A DNA stretch of 64,000 bases from Octopus bimaculoides (lineage: Eukaryota): assembly GCF_001194135.2 (NCBI RefSeq), contig NC_068988.1, positions 47,166,186 through 47,230,185 of the forward strand, in the 5' to 3' direction. Shown one piece after another: positions 1 to 13,920 of the stretch; position 1 is the first letter of the stretch; each line of letters begins with the position of its first letter. The notes beneath the pieces were generated by a model. That model searched no databases and was not told where the DNA came from. It worked only from the letters and a program-made list of their open reading frames with translations. Made by a program: the position numbers and the translations under genes.

Positions 1-598
1 GATGTTTTTAATGCCGGTAATTGATGAGGAATGGGATATTGACCTTAGTGGTGGGTGATGATGGATGATGCTGATAATTGTGGTGATAGGGATGGTGATG
101 ATGATGGCCCCAAGGATGATCTTAGTGACGACGTAGAGCAAGATGATTTTCATGATGACGACGGCTGAGACGACGACGATGATGGTGGTGGTGGTGTTGT
201 TGCTGACAGTGATGGATTTAGTCTAAATGACACGTGGTTTCTTTCAAGCCAACTACTGTTCTACGCGCCAATTTAAATAAATAACAATAAAATATAAACA
301 GCAATCAAACAGAAAGAAAACAGCAGCAAAAACATTATCCCTATCACCACTCATAACCACCACCACCACAACAACAACAACAAGAATAACGAACCAACAA
401 CGGAGCTTTTTCATAGCCATTCGATCTACGAGAAACAACGGCAAAATATCCCTCAAATTACACTCAACAGCCATAAAAACAGGAGACAAACATTAATAAC
501 GTAGTACTTCATTGCCAGACATGACGTGATGGTCATGGATAGAATACCTTTAATCATAAAAGTTGCTCTGTTTAGGTTGGCCTGAAGTTAACAACTAT

Positions 599-795
599 TC
601 TTTTCTACTCTAGGCACAAGACTCGAAATTTTGGTGGAGGAGCCAGTCGATTAGATTGTCTCCAGTACGCAATTGGTGCTTAATTTATCGACCCCGAAAG
701 GATGAAAGGCAAAGTCGACCTCGACGGAATTTGAACTCAGAACGTAGAGACAGACGAAATACCGCTAAGCATTTCGTCCGGCGTGCTAACGTTTC
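599..795 (-). mobile_element. tRNA-derived SINE, main family, tail-1 variant; lacks its first ~14 nt at the junction with the next SINE
   Basis: Reverse complement has the B-box-like GTTCAAATTCC, the central block GCCTTTCATCCTTTCGGGGTCGATAAAT and the tail CTTGTGCCTAGAGTAGAAAA, all shared with other copies in the window. Confidence 0.85.
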
Positions 796-1010
796 TTATT
801 TCTTTACTGCCCACAAGGAGCTGCACACAGAGGGGACAAACAAGGACAGACAAACGGATTAATTCGATTATATCAACCTCAGTGCGTTACTGGTACTTAT
901 TTAATCTACCCCGAAAGGATGAAAGGCAAAGTCAACCTCAGAACGTAGCGGCAGACGAAATACCGCGAAGCATTTCGCCCGGCGTGCTAACGTGTCTGCC
1001 AGCTCGCCCC
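796..1010 (-). mobile_element. tRNA-derived SINE, main family, tail-2 variant, with a small internal deletion of the B-box region
   Basis: Head GCGAGCTGGCAGACACGTTAG and tail GTTTGTCTGTCCTTGTTTGTCCCCTCTGTGTG...GGCAGTAAAGAAATAAG, matching copies at 12147, 32288 and 58378. Confidence 0.85.
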
Positions 1011-2599
1011 CTTAACAACTATTATATTGAGATGATGATGTAATGTTGATATGAAGATTGACATATAGTGATTTCTTTTTTGTGTTTATTCAAACACTGA
1101 GCCAACGAAGGAGCCTCGTATAGAGCTCCCTAACTGCTAATAATTCAGACATAGCGGCTAGATCTCCCTTGACTCACACCAGAACATCTTAAGGAAGCAA
1201 TGAAATAATATTTGACACAGTTTTAGATAACAATCTGCCGGAAGAAAATATAGGATTGCAATGACAAGCCAAAGAGTAGCCTGTAACTATGCAGGTCACC
1301 GTCTTCACTCCGTGGAGCATTTTCAAAATAACGTATATCTAGACATCAAAAATAAGAGCCGTGGTTTTGTTGATGCTTCGAAATTATATGAATGCAAATG
1401 AACAAACACAACCCATATACATTGCAACTGCACTGATTAACTGGAAACATATCACTCTTCCTCCATACAGAAATCCATCACCACAGAAATCAATATATAT
1501 ATTAAGCACTTTATTATTTTTATAATATTAATATGCACCACAGGATTCTTTTGTAAACATATAACTGTACAATTAGATATAAATCCCTAATGGTACAACT
1601 TATATTTTGATAGGTGGGATTAGCCTCTCAAAGGGAATGGGAAATACAGTTTTAGCAAAGTAAAAAGTATGCTGTTGCCCTGATGATGATCATAACGATG
1701 GTGGTTATATGAGGTATTTATTTGCAATAATTACAATCTTAATCACTTAGTCTTACCGCATGAAGAAACCACGAGGTAATCTTATAGCTCAGTGCAAACA
1801 ATAGCTTCACTGCAACACGGATGACTGATACGTCGTATCTGCTTGTTTTGTTGAACTGAATTCAGTTCTCGTTACAGAGGAGTTAATCGTATTTCTCTAA
1901 TCTCCAACGTAAAAAAGATTTTTGTTCCTCACCTGTTTAATACTGTAAAAAATAAATGAGAATAAAATTAAAAAAACTATAGTTAAGCACGGTTTCTGTG
2001 GTTTACAAGAGTCCGTAGAAAGAAATAATTATTATGATTGCTAACTTAGATACAAGGCCACAGTTTGGAGAGAAGTAATGTAGTTAATCATATAGATCAC
2101 AGTTGATGATTGGTAATTATTTGATCGTCCCCTCGCAATAAAGATAAAATTTATCCTGGTAAGAACAGAAATCAATGAAAAGGTAAATAAAATCACAAGC
2201 TTATTCTAATTGACATTTTACTTGTCATCAGCAACGACTTCTGGATTGACAGAATTGCTAACGCTTTGGCAAAAATATAGCTGTACACTTTGCGGCTCTT
2301 ATAGCTCTGAGTTGAAATCCTACCGAGGTCAACTCCACCATTTATGGTGGAGTTGATAAAGTAATGTACTTGTCATGTACAAGGAAATGATTTAATTGAC
2401 AAATCCTCTTTCCAGTTTTGTGACCATCTGCCAAATTTAGAAATTATTATTTTCCTTTGATATCAGCAAGAGAGCAATTACCTAACAAACGACAACCAAC
2501 CGCTTAGGACAGGCATTGTAGTGTAATGGTATTGTTCAACACAGCTTCTGGTCCTCTCGGGTTTTACTTTCTTGTCTCAGGTAATAAAAGAGAGAGGAA

Positions 2600-3270
2600 A
2601 AATGATTTTAGAATATAGATTGCAAGGACAAGAACTTACGTAGAGTGTGAACCGTACTGTTTAGTACTATTTTCTGGATTTTGTATATGCTTGGTTTCTG
2701 AGGTATTTTCTCAAGGAAGCCGTTGACGTTTTTCTTTTTTCCTTTGGTTTTTGTTTTTATTATTGTTCTTTATCCCTGGTGTTTCAGTCACAGTTGGTAT
2801 GTTTCTGTCTTCAAATGCCACATCCTGTTTATTTCAGTTTACATTTGGCAAGTTTATCATATTCCTTGGTGGATATAATTTTATCAGGTGGCATTGTCAT
2901 ATTAATAAGTTGGCAGGGCTTGTTTTGGTGCCTTTAGCAATACTTTATGGGCAGTTGGCATTGAAAATGCGATCCGCATGTATTGTAAAGTCCTAAAGGG
3001 CGATGATGTTACATTCAACTATTGGTTTAGATTAGGGTTCATACCAGTGTTTCGCTTATTCAGCAACGAGACTTCTGTACAAAAACCATCAAATGTATTG
3101 GCCAACTCTATCATGTTTATTTTTTTATTTGGCTATGAACATCATTGACTCTGTACTTAGGGTCTGCTCCTTGAGGACGTTAGCTTGATAAATTTTTGTA
3201 AATAGACACCAGGCTTGAGATCGGTATGTGGTTGATCTACGTCAGTTGGATTAGGGAGGAATAATATATA
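2600..3270 (-). mobile_element. Decayed R4/Dong-type non-LTR retrotransposon, 3' part (zinc-knuckle region and restriction-like endonuclease)
   Basis: Manual minus-strand translation across stops and frameshifts: IYQANVLK..ADPKYR, KHDRVGQYI*W, KHWYEP, DFTIHADR, LINMTMPPDKIISTKEYDKLAKCK, IQKIVLNSTVHTLRKFLS. Confidence 0.7.
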
Positions 3271-3914
3271 TCATTTCAATGCGAACTGGTCTTGCAATAA
3301 GAAAGAAAAGCTGGGACCATGACATAATGTGACTGAACGAAGATGAGGATGCAGGAAAATCAGCGATAGTCGCGCATCAGCAATAACACAAGGTACAACA
3401 AAATTTAATCTCATATCTCCGAAGCTAAAACCAACAGGAAAAATTCACAAGCAGGACATAAAATATAAGGCCAAAAACAAAAAAAACAAAACAAACAAAC
3501 AAAAAGTATAGCGACAGCAAGAGTAACAAAACCATATAAACCTGCAACTACACATACATAGAAGTGTAACCAGGGAAAAACAGTTCATTCAGTCAACAAA
3601 ATAAAGCAAGAATAACAATAGCAGCAGCAGCAGCAGCAAGAAAGACCAAAGAGATAGGCTTTGAAAATTGCGCCCCAAAAGACATCGGTAAAATGAGGTC
3701 AGGTAAGAAATTCATTAGACGTGGGATATTTCCGAAGAATTTCCGGAAAGAGAGTTTTGGAGAACATTTTGCTATCCCATTACCTATCAAGAAAATTGTA
3801 CGACACGTTAATGACTTCGGTCAAACATTTCTCTTCATAACAAGGCAGTACCAAGATCGGGTTGCATAAATACTTGCAGCTTGCTTTACTTGGAATTAAT
3901 GTGTGTGAGTGAGT

Positions 3915-3969
<55 letters not shown>

Positions 3970-5654
3970 TGTATTTGTGCGTGTGTGTTATGGGACTCTC
4001 TTTTTCTCATTTTGCTTTACTCCTCAATCTTTATATATCTCTGAAGAGAATCTAACAAAATAGTACCCACTTCCTCGTTTATTTAGTTAGAAATAAATTC
4101 CTGTTTACTCAGAGTGCTCCGTTTCATAGTCAGAAGGCAAAAACCAAAGAAAGAATTTTTAAAATAAAGAAAAACGTATTTACAGCTCAGCACTGAAATA
4201 TAACAATAACTGTTTCTAACATACGTAGAGGGTCTTGAAATTTGCGGTGAGTTAAGTCGTTGTCGTACTTGAGTGGTACTTTATTTTATCGACACTGAAT
4301 GGAGGAAAAACAAAATTAAATCTGCAGGATTTTAAGTTAAACGTAAAGAACCGGAGCTAAAAGCCACTTTTTCACTTTTTCTTCATATTCTAACAGTTTT
4401 GTAATGCATTGCTATTACTGACGGTGATTCTATATCTTAAAATGTTCCATCTACTGGAATACAAGGAAAATGTTTCTGAGTAATATGAGAAGAGGATTAG
4501 GTTCGCAAATTAAAAAAAAAAATGTAAAGTTGGTAAAGCGTTAACAGTTCCATAGGAACAGTGAGACAAGTGGTTATAGCAGCTGTCAGAGAAGCAACTA
4601 GTAATGGTATCAGTAACAGTAGAAGAGTCGACAAAATATACACAGAACAGAAATTTGCGCAAGTCCAATGTTCGGAGATATTTTGTGAATGCAGTTTGGC
4701 TTATTACGAAAATAGCTTCATCGTAGCTACTGTATAGAACTAGTTCATATGTACTACTACTGAAATCATTCACAAGAGTTCAGATGATGGATGGCCTCCT
4801 TAGATTCTGAGTTGTGTAACAACCATTTAAAATATAAAACTTGTATAAAAGTGTTTAGAAACAGCTTTAGTTTACTTGACCTGCGAAGAAAAGCAAATAA
4901 TAAAAAAAGAAAGACTATTGTTTTTACCGTTCCTTTATTTCAAAAGCAAGTATACGTACGTTAAACTTATGATCATCATTCTCACTGCATATTGTTCGTT
5001 TCTGTGCTATTGATCGATCTATCAATCTTGTTTAAACAGATCATACTAAAATGTTCGAAAGCCTCGAGGTTTACATGTGTACACAAAGAAGTCAAACGGT
5101 TTCAAATTGGACAAACAAAAGAACATCAGATTACTGTTCTGTGTAATTATCATATATATTTGATGGCTTATTTATTTATTCTGATCGGTTTTGTCATTTC
5201 TTTTTATATATCATATCATATAATATGAAATCGCTTTTCCTCTCCAGAAGCTTGCATTGCTTTATTGCAGAAAATAGATTTGTGTGTTCAAGTTTTTATA
5301 CATGGCGACACACAATATTAGACTGCCCATGTAATACAACGAAGTAACCACGTCCGATCTGCTAGACATAGATGCCAAATAACATCTTACTATTGTATAA
5401 AAAGGAAGACATATTGATAGTATAGTCCTAAATACATACCTATGCAAATAAAATGTATTCAGATAATGATGAAAGATCATGAACCGGTAAGGCGATTTCT
5501 AAGGGCTCCCTTTCCTTACAAACTTATTGTACCTGAAGTAGAATATACATGTTTAAGCCCCTATCATCATCGACGTCGTCCTCGTCGTCATCATCGTCAT
5601 CATTATCATCATCATCATCATCATTTTACTCCCATATATGCGTGCGTGCATGTG

Positions 5655-5687
<33 letters not shown>

Positions 5688-5751
5688 ATTGATATATTTC
5701 GGGATGGTCATCTTTCTTTGTTTTTGGTAAATAAACACCCGCAATATATAT

Positions 5752-6000
5752 TCATTCTTCACTCGGTTATTGCTGTTCTCATTTCAACTGATGTCAATCG
5801 TCTGGAAATCATTCATCACATATCTGCAACCGCTTTAGCGACACTTACCGTTCTTGTGTATCCATTCTAATGGACTAAGCGGAGCAGGAGGATACATGAG
5901 GACGGAAAGTGTCGCTAAAGAGGTCGCAAATGTGTGATGAAAGATTTCCGGACAATAGACATCCGTTAAAATAAGAACATTAATAACCAAGTGAAGAACG
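5752..6000. repeat. Foldback (long inverted repeat), ~110-bp arms with a 26-nt spacer
   Basis: 5752-5863 is the reverse complement of 5890-6000 at roughly 80% identity by eye, e.g. TTTAGCGACACTT/AAGTGTCGCTAAA and TTCATCACA/TGTGATGAA. Confidence 0.85.
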
Positions 6001-6093
6001 AGCGTTAAATAAAAGAGCGCCAAATATAACAATATCTGTTTCAACTCATGGTTGTACACCAAGAAACTTGCAGCATAAATTCATAATTGCGTA

Positions 6094-6132
<39 letters not shown>

Positions 6133-7939
6133 NNNNNNNNNNNNNNNNNNNNNNNNNNNNNNNNNNNNNNNNNNNNNNNNNNNNNNNNNNNNNNNNNNNN
6201 NNNNNNNNNNNNNNNNNNNNNNNNNNNNNNNNNNNNNNNNNNNNNNNNNNNNNNNNNNNNNNNNNNNNNNNNNNNNNNNNNNNNNNNNNNNNNNNNNNNN
6301 NNNNNNNNNNNNNNNNNNNNNNNNNNNNNNNNNNNNNNNNNNNNNNNNNNNNNNNNNNNNNNNNNNNNNNNNNNNNNNNNNNNNNNNNNNNNNNNNNNNN
6401 NNNNNNNNNNNNNNNNNNNNNNNNNNNNNNNNNNNNNNNNNNNNNNNNNNNNNNNNNNNNNNNNNNNNNNNNNNNNNNNNNNNNNNNNNNNNNNNNNNNN
6501 NNNNNNNNNNNNNNNNNNNNNNNNNNNNNNNNNNNNNNNNNNNNNNNNNNNNNNNNNNNNNNNNNNNNNNNNNNNNNNNNNNNNNNNNNNNNNNNNNNNN
6601 NNNNNNNNNNNNNNNNNNNNNNNNNNNNNNATATATATATATATATATATATACATATACACATACACATATAAATATGCATACGTCCTTGTGTTCATGT
6701 TGTTCTATGTGTGTATAAATATATTTTAAAATGTGTACCTACTTTGTATGTTGTGTGTGTATGTATACGTATATATGTGTGCCTGTATAAGCTTTACACA
6801 CACACACACATTCACACACACACTCATTCACACACTCACAAACACACACTCACAGACAACACAAACACATATATACACGTTTTGGAATATATACATTTAT
6901 CGATTTGTCTTACACTCTTTCTCTCTCTCCCTGTGTATGTATGTATGTGTTAGTGTGTGTGTGTGTGGTGTATATGTATGTATGTNNNNNNNNNNTGTTA
7001 GTGTGTGTGTGTGTGGTGTATATGTATGTATGTATGTATGTATGTATATATGTATGCATGTATATGAGTGTGACTTTGTACGTGTGTGTATGTACTTTGT
7101 TTCTCCACATTAGTATTTTGAAAAGCATATTGAGGTGTGGTTGATGTGAGAATGAAATCCTTGAAAGTTCAAATGCTTTCTGTGATGTTTTTGTGATTTC
7201 CTAGTGAAGTGAACTCTTGTTGAACACAATGTTTTGGTATTAGTTCGACCTCCTTGTCTTTGTGCATTCATTCATGAATTCTGTAAAAATCTTTCAATCA
7301 CAAACGCTTCTGACCCCCACTTATCCATCTGCATAATTACTTCGGTAAAAAATTCTTTTATATTATTTACATATATTTTTTATATATTTTATGTTATTTT
7401 ATTATTTCTTTATCTGCTAGTCTACTTTGTTATTTCTTGTTACTTTGTTTAAGTTAAGGATGGTGAATTCCTTAATTTCCATCAAGCACTTAAACTTAAT
7501 TGATATAAAGGTGTTCATATACGAAGAAAACCTTTTCTATAATAATGGCAACACAGTATATCTTTATTGCAATGTTTACCTTCTACTAAACAAATCAATG
7601 TAATTTCCTCCTGGTTCGGCCTTCCGTACACTGTGTATATAAAGAGTGAGTTTTGTGTGTATACCTAGAGTTGAACTGTTCATGCAACCACGAGGTTCCG
7701 GTGATTTGAGAAACTAGCTATCTTTATTTGCATTCAGGCATGAATATAGTAGTTTTGTATAATGAAGACAGTACTATTATGTTTACTTGTATAATGCAAA
7801 CAATTAAACATGATTTCTTCCAGACCGAAATTAATACAATACGAAGACGGTTATGAAACAGCTGCAATCCCATGAAAATCACGAATTTATATATATATAT
7901 ATATATATATTTTACATATTATTTATTATTTGTTATTTA

Positions 7940-8075
7940 ACTGAACGCGATGCATCCATTTCCAAGTAAGAGCGTAGGTTCGAAACGTAAAAGAGTTTCT
8001 CACTTCCTGAGCGTTAAACTAATACATCTGCTTGTTGTTTAGACACCCGCCTTCGTCTTTGGTTTTTTTTTGTAA
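7940..8075 (+). mobile_element. Short Penelope-like relic with a degenerate minimal hammerhead, lying between (TA)n tracts
   Basis: Homologous to 23615-23800 in the opposite orientation; GAGC-GTAG-GTTC hairpin followed by GAAACGT-A-AAAGA; the CUGANGA core has decayed. Confidence 0.5.
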
Positions 8076-8081
8076 ATTCTC

Positions 8082-8149
<68 letters not shown>

Positions 8150-8807
8150 CATACCTCCAATTCGGTTCAGTTACGTTATATTGATAAACCATAAAATTGA
8201 CGAAACATCGATACCCATCAATCCTGAATGAAATTCGGGTGAGTTATCTGACCTACCTATGACTTTCATGTGTTTTTACACCCGGCGCTTTAAGGAAGTC
8301 ATTTCCACTGCTCCATTTTGCAGTCAACCGGCGAACAAACAAAGTATATAGATTGGGTATGTGTGTTCATTAATATATGCTTACATCTTCTTAGATGCTT
8401 GTACGAGTTAGTGTTCATGTACCATACAACCTACGAGAGGGAGATTATACATCCATATCCGTTAACGGTTATATGTGATACATTTTTCTCTGTATTGCAT
8501 GTTCGTTTCTTTTTTGCATATTATTTTATTATTGATCTCCTATATAAATAAAGCTATATACTTTAATTTACTGTCTTTCTTTACTCAAGCTGAGAAGATA
8601 TATTGCATAACTGTTATTTTAACGAGTTAAATGTATTTATCATCCGAAGAGACACATCTGCACTGCCGGTTGCTCTTGAACCAGTTGTTAAGAATTCCAC
8701 CAGAGAGGGATTGCTGCTAGATGGGTCGAAATAATTGTAGTGATTAATAAAAATTCTCGTAACTTCCATCTTCCGTCTCCAATTAACCAAATATATACTT
8801 ACACACA

Positions 8808-8862
<55 letters not shown>

Positions 8863-9150
8863 ATATATATATATACACACACAAATACATATATACATAC
8901 ATATATATATATATATATATACATATAAAAATAATCATATATTTATGCATATATATATGTATATATATATATATACATATATGTGTATACATACATATAC
9001 ATATATATATATACATACATATATACATACACACACATATATATNNNNNNNNNNNNNNNNNNNNNNNNNNNNNNNNNNNNNNNNNNNNNNNNNNNNNNNN
9101 NNNNNNNNNNNNNNNNNNNNNNNNNNNNNNNNNNNNNNNNNNNNNNNNNN

Positions 9151-9189
<39 letters not shown>

Positions 9190-9236
9190 TATATACATAC
9201 ATACACATATATATATATACAGATATACATACACAC

Positions 9237-9270
<34 letters not shown>

Positions 9271-12099
9271 GTTAAATATACATATATGTATGTATGTATA
9301 TATGTAGGTATGTAGGTATGTATGAGATGACGGTACCTATGCGTGCATATGGTATATGGGATTTCAAATTTATGCATGGAAGCTCTCATACAGTCAGTCT
9401 CATACTGTGATTTTCGCTCTTATCAATGGGTGCAAGTTGTTTGCGTTATACGTGGTAGCGTGCGACTGTAAACCTAAATGCGTTGTTGTTTGTGAAGTTT
9501 GGCTTAAGTATAAGTCGAGTGCACTCATTCAAGATAAACACATTTTACTTAATTAAAAGATGGGAGAAGAATAAAAATTGAAAACAAAAAAGGAATAAAA
9601 AGATAAAAAAAAAAGAGAGAAACTAACCTAAGAAAAAGCACAAAAGGAAAACTTTTTAAAAACACTTTACGGAATCTTTTGAAGAAAGAAAACAACACAA
9701 ACAACATTAAGAACAGCAACAACTACGGTAGGCTCGTTCATACTATCAATTACAACACCATCACTAGCACCACCAACACCACCACCACCACCACTACCAC
9801 CACCATCACCCCCATCATCACCACCATCATCCTCGATAACAACTTCAAAATTAACGTCGCTGAAAACATTAGCAACTTCAGTCACAATGAAAATAACATT
9901 TGCTCTAGACAAAGTCATTATAAGGTAAAGGAAAAAAAAATTAATTTTTGATTTCACCTATAAACAGCTTAATTAAATTTGTGGCGAATCATGTTTCAAG
10001 TCGAAATTAATATCTTTCCAGCAAACAAATTTGAAACCACCACCTACTTCTCCCCCGTCTGTGATAAAATTGTGTCGTCTTCAATTAAATTTCCTCACCT
10101 TAGCTTAAAGTTAGATAAATAAAATGGTTAATTACCTGTCATTAGCAGTCAATCAAGAAAATGAGTAAATACAAATTTGGTCTATTTTCTGTATGTGAGC
10201 GTGTATGTATGCTTTGCGTGTGCTGTATGTATGTATGTATGTATGTATGTATGTATGTATGTGTGTATGTATGTAGTATGTATTTATGTATGTATGTATA
10301 TATGTATGTATGTATGTATGAACATTTTATGGATTTATATGTATGTATTTATGTGTATGCATATATAGATATACACTATTCAAGTCTAATATATATACAT
10401 ATGTATGTATATATGTATGTATACACACACATACACACACACATATATATATGTATATATATATCACATATATGTATATGTGTATATATATATCACATAT
10501 ATGTATATGTGTATATATATATCATATATATGTACATGTGTGTGTATATATATNNNNNNNNNNNNNNNNNNNNNNNNNNNNNNNNNNNNNNNNNNNNNNN
10601 NNNNNNNNNNNNNNNNNNNNNNNNNNNNNNNNNNNNNNNNNNNNNNNNNNNNNNNNNNNNNNNNNNNNNNNNNNNNNNNNNNNNNNNNNNNNNNNNNNNN
10701 NNNNNNNNNNNNNNNTATATATATATATATATATATATATATCATATATATGTATATGTGTGTATATATATACACACACACGTTATATATGAATGGGTGT
10801 GTGTGTATAGTCTTTTTATGTGGGAGCAGTGTTGATGGTAGTGGTAGTAAGAGTATTAGAATTGGAGGTTGTTGTAGTCTTGATAGTGTTGATGGTAGTT
10901 AGTGTTAATGCTGAGGATGCTGACAGTTGTAGTGTTGGTAGTGGAGGTATGTGAATGAATAGCGGATATTTACGCAACAGATATAAGAATCTTTTGCTTG
11001 TTCGACAAGAGATTTTGATCTGAAATCTTGTATTGAGACAAAACATTGCTAGAATTCTGACAAGCCTCAGATAGAGTGGTATAGAGTATCAGTGGCCAGG
11101 TTTTGGATGTTTGTCGAATGTATTCGGTGTTTAGTATAACTTCTTTTTGCGGAGTAAATGAAAAATGAGTGGAACGATAAAAAAGACTTGAATGCATTTA
11201 ACTGATGGCCATTGCAGTATCATAATCCAATTATTTTTACAGATAAAATATTAAAGAGAAAATGCTAAGTGTTTTTTTTTATATCCTTGGTTGCGGCAAT
11301 AGGATTTTATCGAAGTTGTGGTAAAGCATGCATTCACATGCGTAACTTCCGACCACCAACACGCGAGACTCCAACGACTCCTTCCTCTATGTCTCAACGA
11401 GACACGTTACTCTTTAGAAGAATTCGTCGACTCTACCTTTTAATCACACAGAGGTGTTAATGTCTATCATCACAACAGTGTTAGTTGTGTAAGGCTAGCA
11501 TTGATTGAGCAGAACTGCGATAAAATCATTGCATGAATGACCAATTTATGTTTTATTCAAACAATGTGTTTTTGAACTTCCAGTATCTCTACCTATATAA
11601 AGACGTGATTTTGAGCCGACGTTCCAGTGTTTGATAATGGTACCAAAATATTGTATTGTATCAATAGCTAAACAGCTTCTGTAAACGAGCTAACACACTT
11701 TCCAGTAAGCATGTATATTGCAGTCAATCACATTATGTTTTATAACTCGCTGGTTACCTTTAAAAACTTGACTCTATTTTCCCATTAAAATGCAGGCAGA
11801 GCATTCTAGAAAAATGCTTATTGTTTCATAAATAAACTTCGATGAGAAGCTCTAAGTAGATACGTCTTAATATAGTGGTAGGCTCGTAGCTGAGCAGTTA
11901 CAACACATTTTCTCACATCTCTCACTGTCAGCTTTGTTAAATCGGCTTGTATCTCACATATACGTTATAGGAGATAGCAAGATACATAAATATTTAACAA
12001 ACTCATAATTCTTCCACCTCTCTCCATCCCTTCCCCCTCTCTCTTATACACAAGCACTTGAATATACAAGAGAATCAACAGTTTATATATGAAATATGT

Positions 12100-12139
<40 letters not shown>

Positions 12140-12146
12140 TTATCTA

Positions 12147-12381
12147 TCTTATTTCTTTACTGCCCACAAGGGGCTAAACATAGGTGACAAAAGAGGACAT
12201 ACAATCGGATTAAGTCGATTATATCGATCCCAGTGCCTAACTGGTACTTATTTAATCGACCCCGAAAGGATGAAAGGCAAAGTTGACCTCGGCGGAATTT
12301 GAACTCAGAACGTAGCGGCAGACGAAATACCGCTATGCATTTCGCCCGCCCGGCGTGCTAACGTTTCTGCCAGCTCGCCGC

Positions 12382-12382
<1 letters not shown>
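12147..12382 (-). mobile_element. Full-length tail-2 SINE inserted in a (TATC)n microsatellite
   Basis: Complete head, central block and tail-2; (TATC)n on both sides. Confidence 0.9.
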
Positions 12383-12445
<63 letters not shown>

Positions 12446-13794
12446 GTGTGTGTGTGTGAGTGTGTGCGCGTGTGCGTGTTCATCTTTATGCTCATTCATA
12501 CTGAAATTTTCTCTAACTTTCTAACATTCCAGTAACAAGAATATGTAGTTTGATATGAGAATGTTTCACCATATCTTTCAATTATAATATTTTCGTCTGT
12601 GTTACATTTGACAATTCTTCATTTCATTTGATGACCCATCATCTTCGATTATTTATTCCATGTACAAGTGTATCAAAGATTACATCATACAATGTAACAT
12701 ATATTTATTGACAGCAAAAGGTATTTAATCCTTAAATGGTGAATCTCATTAATCGATGTTTTATTAGAGAACGGTGGTTGACGTAGAACTAAGCTAAAAT
12801 TTCACAATATTTTGCATGTCAGGATACATCCATCAACGTAGTTTTATTTACGTGATTAGATTCATTAAAGGTATTAGCACAAGAGTTTATTTGCATCAAA
12901 ACTCTCTATAAATCCTAGTGATCTTACAGTCTGGCTGTACTGGTAAAGCAATGCTTCACTGAGGGAATTAAGTAAAACCAAAACATGTCCTGGGTTGCAA
13001 GTGTACTGCCAACGAAGAGGTCCACTTTTCATTCCATGACCATATAACTAATTAATTTAAATTAATTTATATCCAATGTTAACATGAACTAATTATTAAG
13101 CTTATTGTCGCTTCTCATCATCATTTTGATCACTATATTGTTTCTTTGATCTTCTTTGTTGGAATTACTTTTCCTTATTGACTGACCAGTTGATACTGAA
13201 AATAGTCAAAACATCGCTCTTTCATTCTCCATACATATGTGGCCGAGATGGTTGCATTTCTATTTACTACATTTTGAAATTGGATATACGGCTTATAATT
13301 TATAAGCTGATTCCATGTATGATGATTTTTGTTTTTCCCGATACCTATAAAAACGATATACATACATATATTCATGCAAACGCATATATATACGTACATA
13401 TACACATTCTCACATAAACAAATACATACATAAAGGTACAAGCAGATCCATGCAGTTGGCAACATTTTCTTTGTGACAGTATGGAAAATGTTTTTGTTAT
13501 TGCATCACATTGACTAATGCTATGTGGACGGATGTTCTCCAATAGCAGCAAAAATGATTATATTTTTATCTTAAACATTAAATGAATTTGAATTGTTTGA
13601 TCAATTCTTGATGTTTTGATGTTCTGAGAGCGATTAACTATGACCACAAGCTTCTTTTTTCCATTGAGAAATTTCTATAAACAGATATTTTTCAATATGT
13701 CATTCGGTATACTACCTCTTAATTTATTTACCTCATGTTATAAACCAATTTGAATTATCTCCCTCAGATGTTTAAATTGTTTTATCCTGCAGGC

Positions 13795-13920
13795 ATGATG
13801 GTGTGTGGCTTAGTGTTTAGAATGTTGCATTTTGGATCGTCAGAACGTCGGTTTAATTCCCAGACCGGACGGTGTGTTGTGTTCTAGAGCAAAACACTTC
13901 AATTCATATTGTTCTAGTGC
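13795..13920 (+). mobile_element. Degraded SINE head of type B
   Basis: GTGGCTTAGTGTTTAG...GGTTTAATTCCCAGACCGG...GTGTTCTAGAGCAAAACACTTC matches the 40453 head. Confidence 0.6.

Noticed and set aside
11620-11670. TTGATAA-TGGTAC...GTATCA hairpin resembling a hammerhead
   Set aside because: GAAA is absent and the core is mutated; too degenerate to call.
12880-13050. Minus-strand YTCNPGHVL resembling a sushi domain
   Set aside because: An isolated 9-aa similarity lacking the other conserved Cys/Trp residues.
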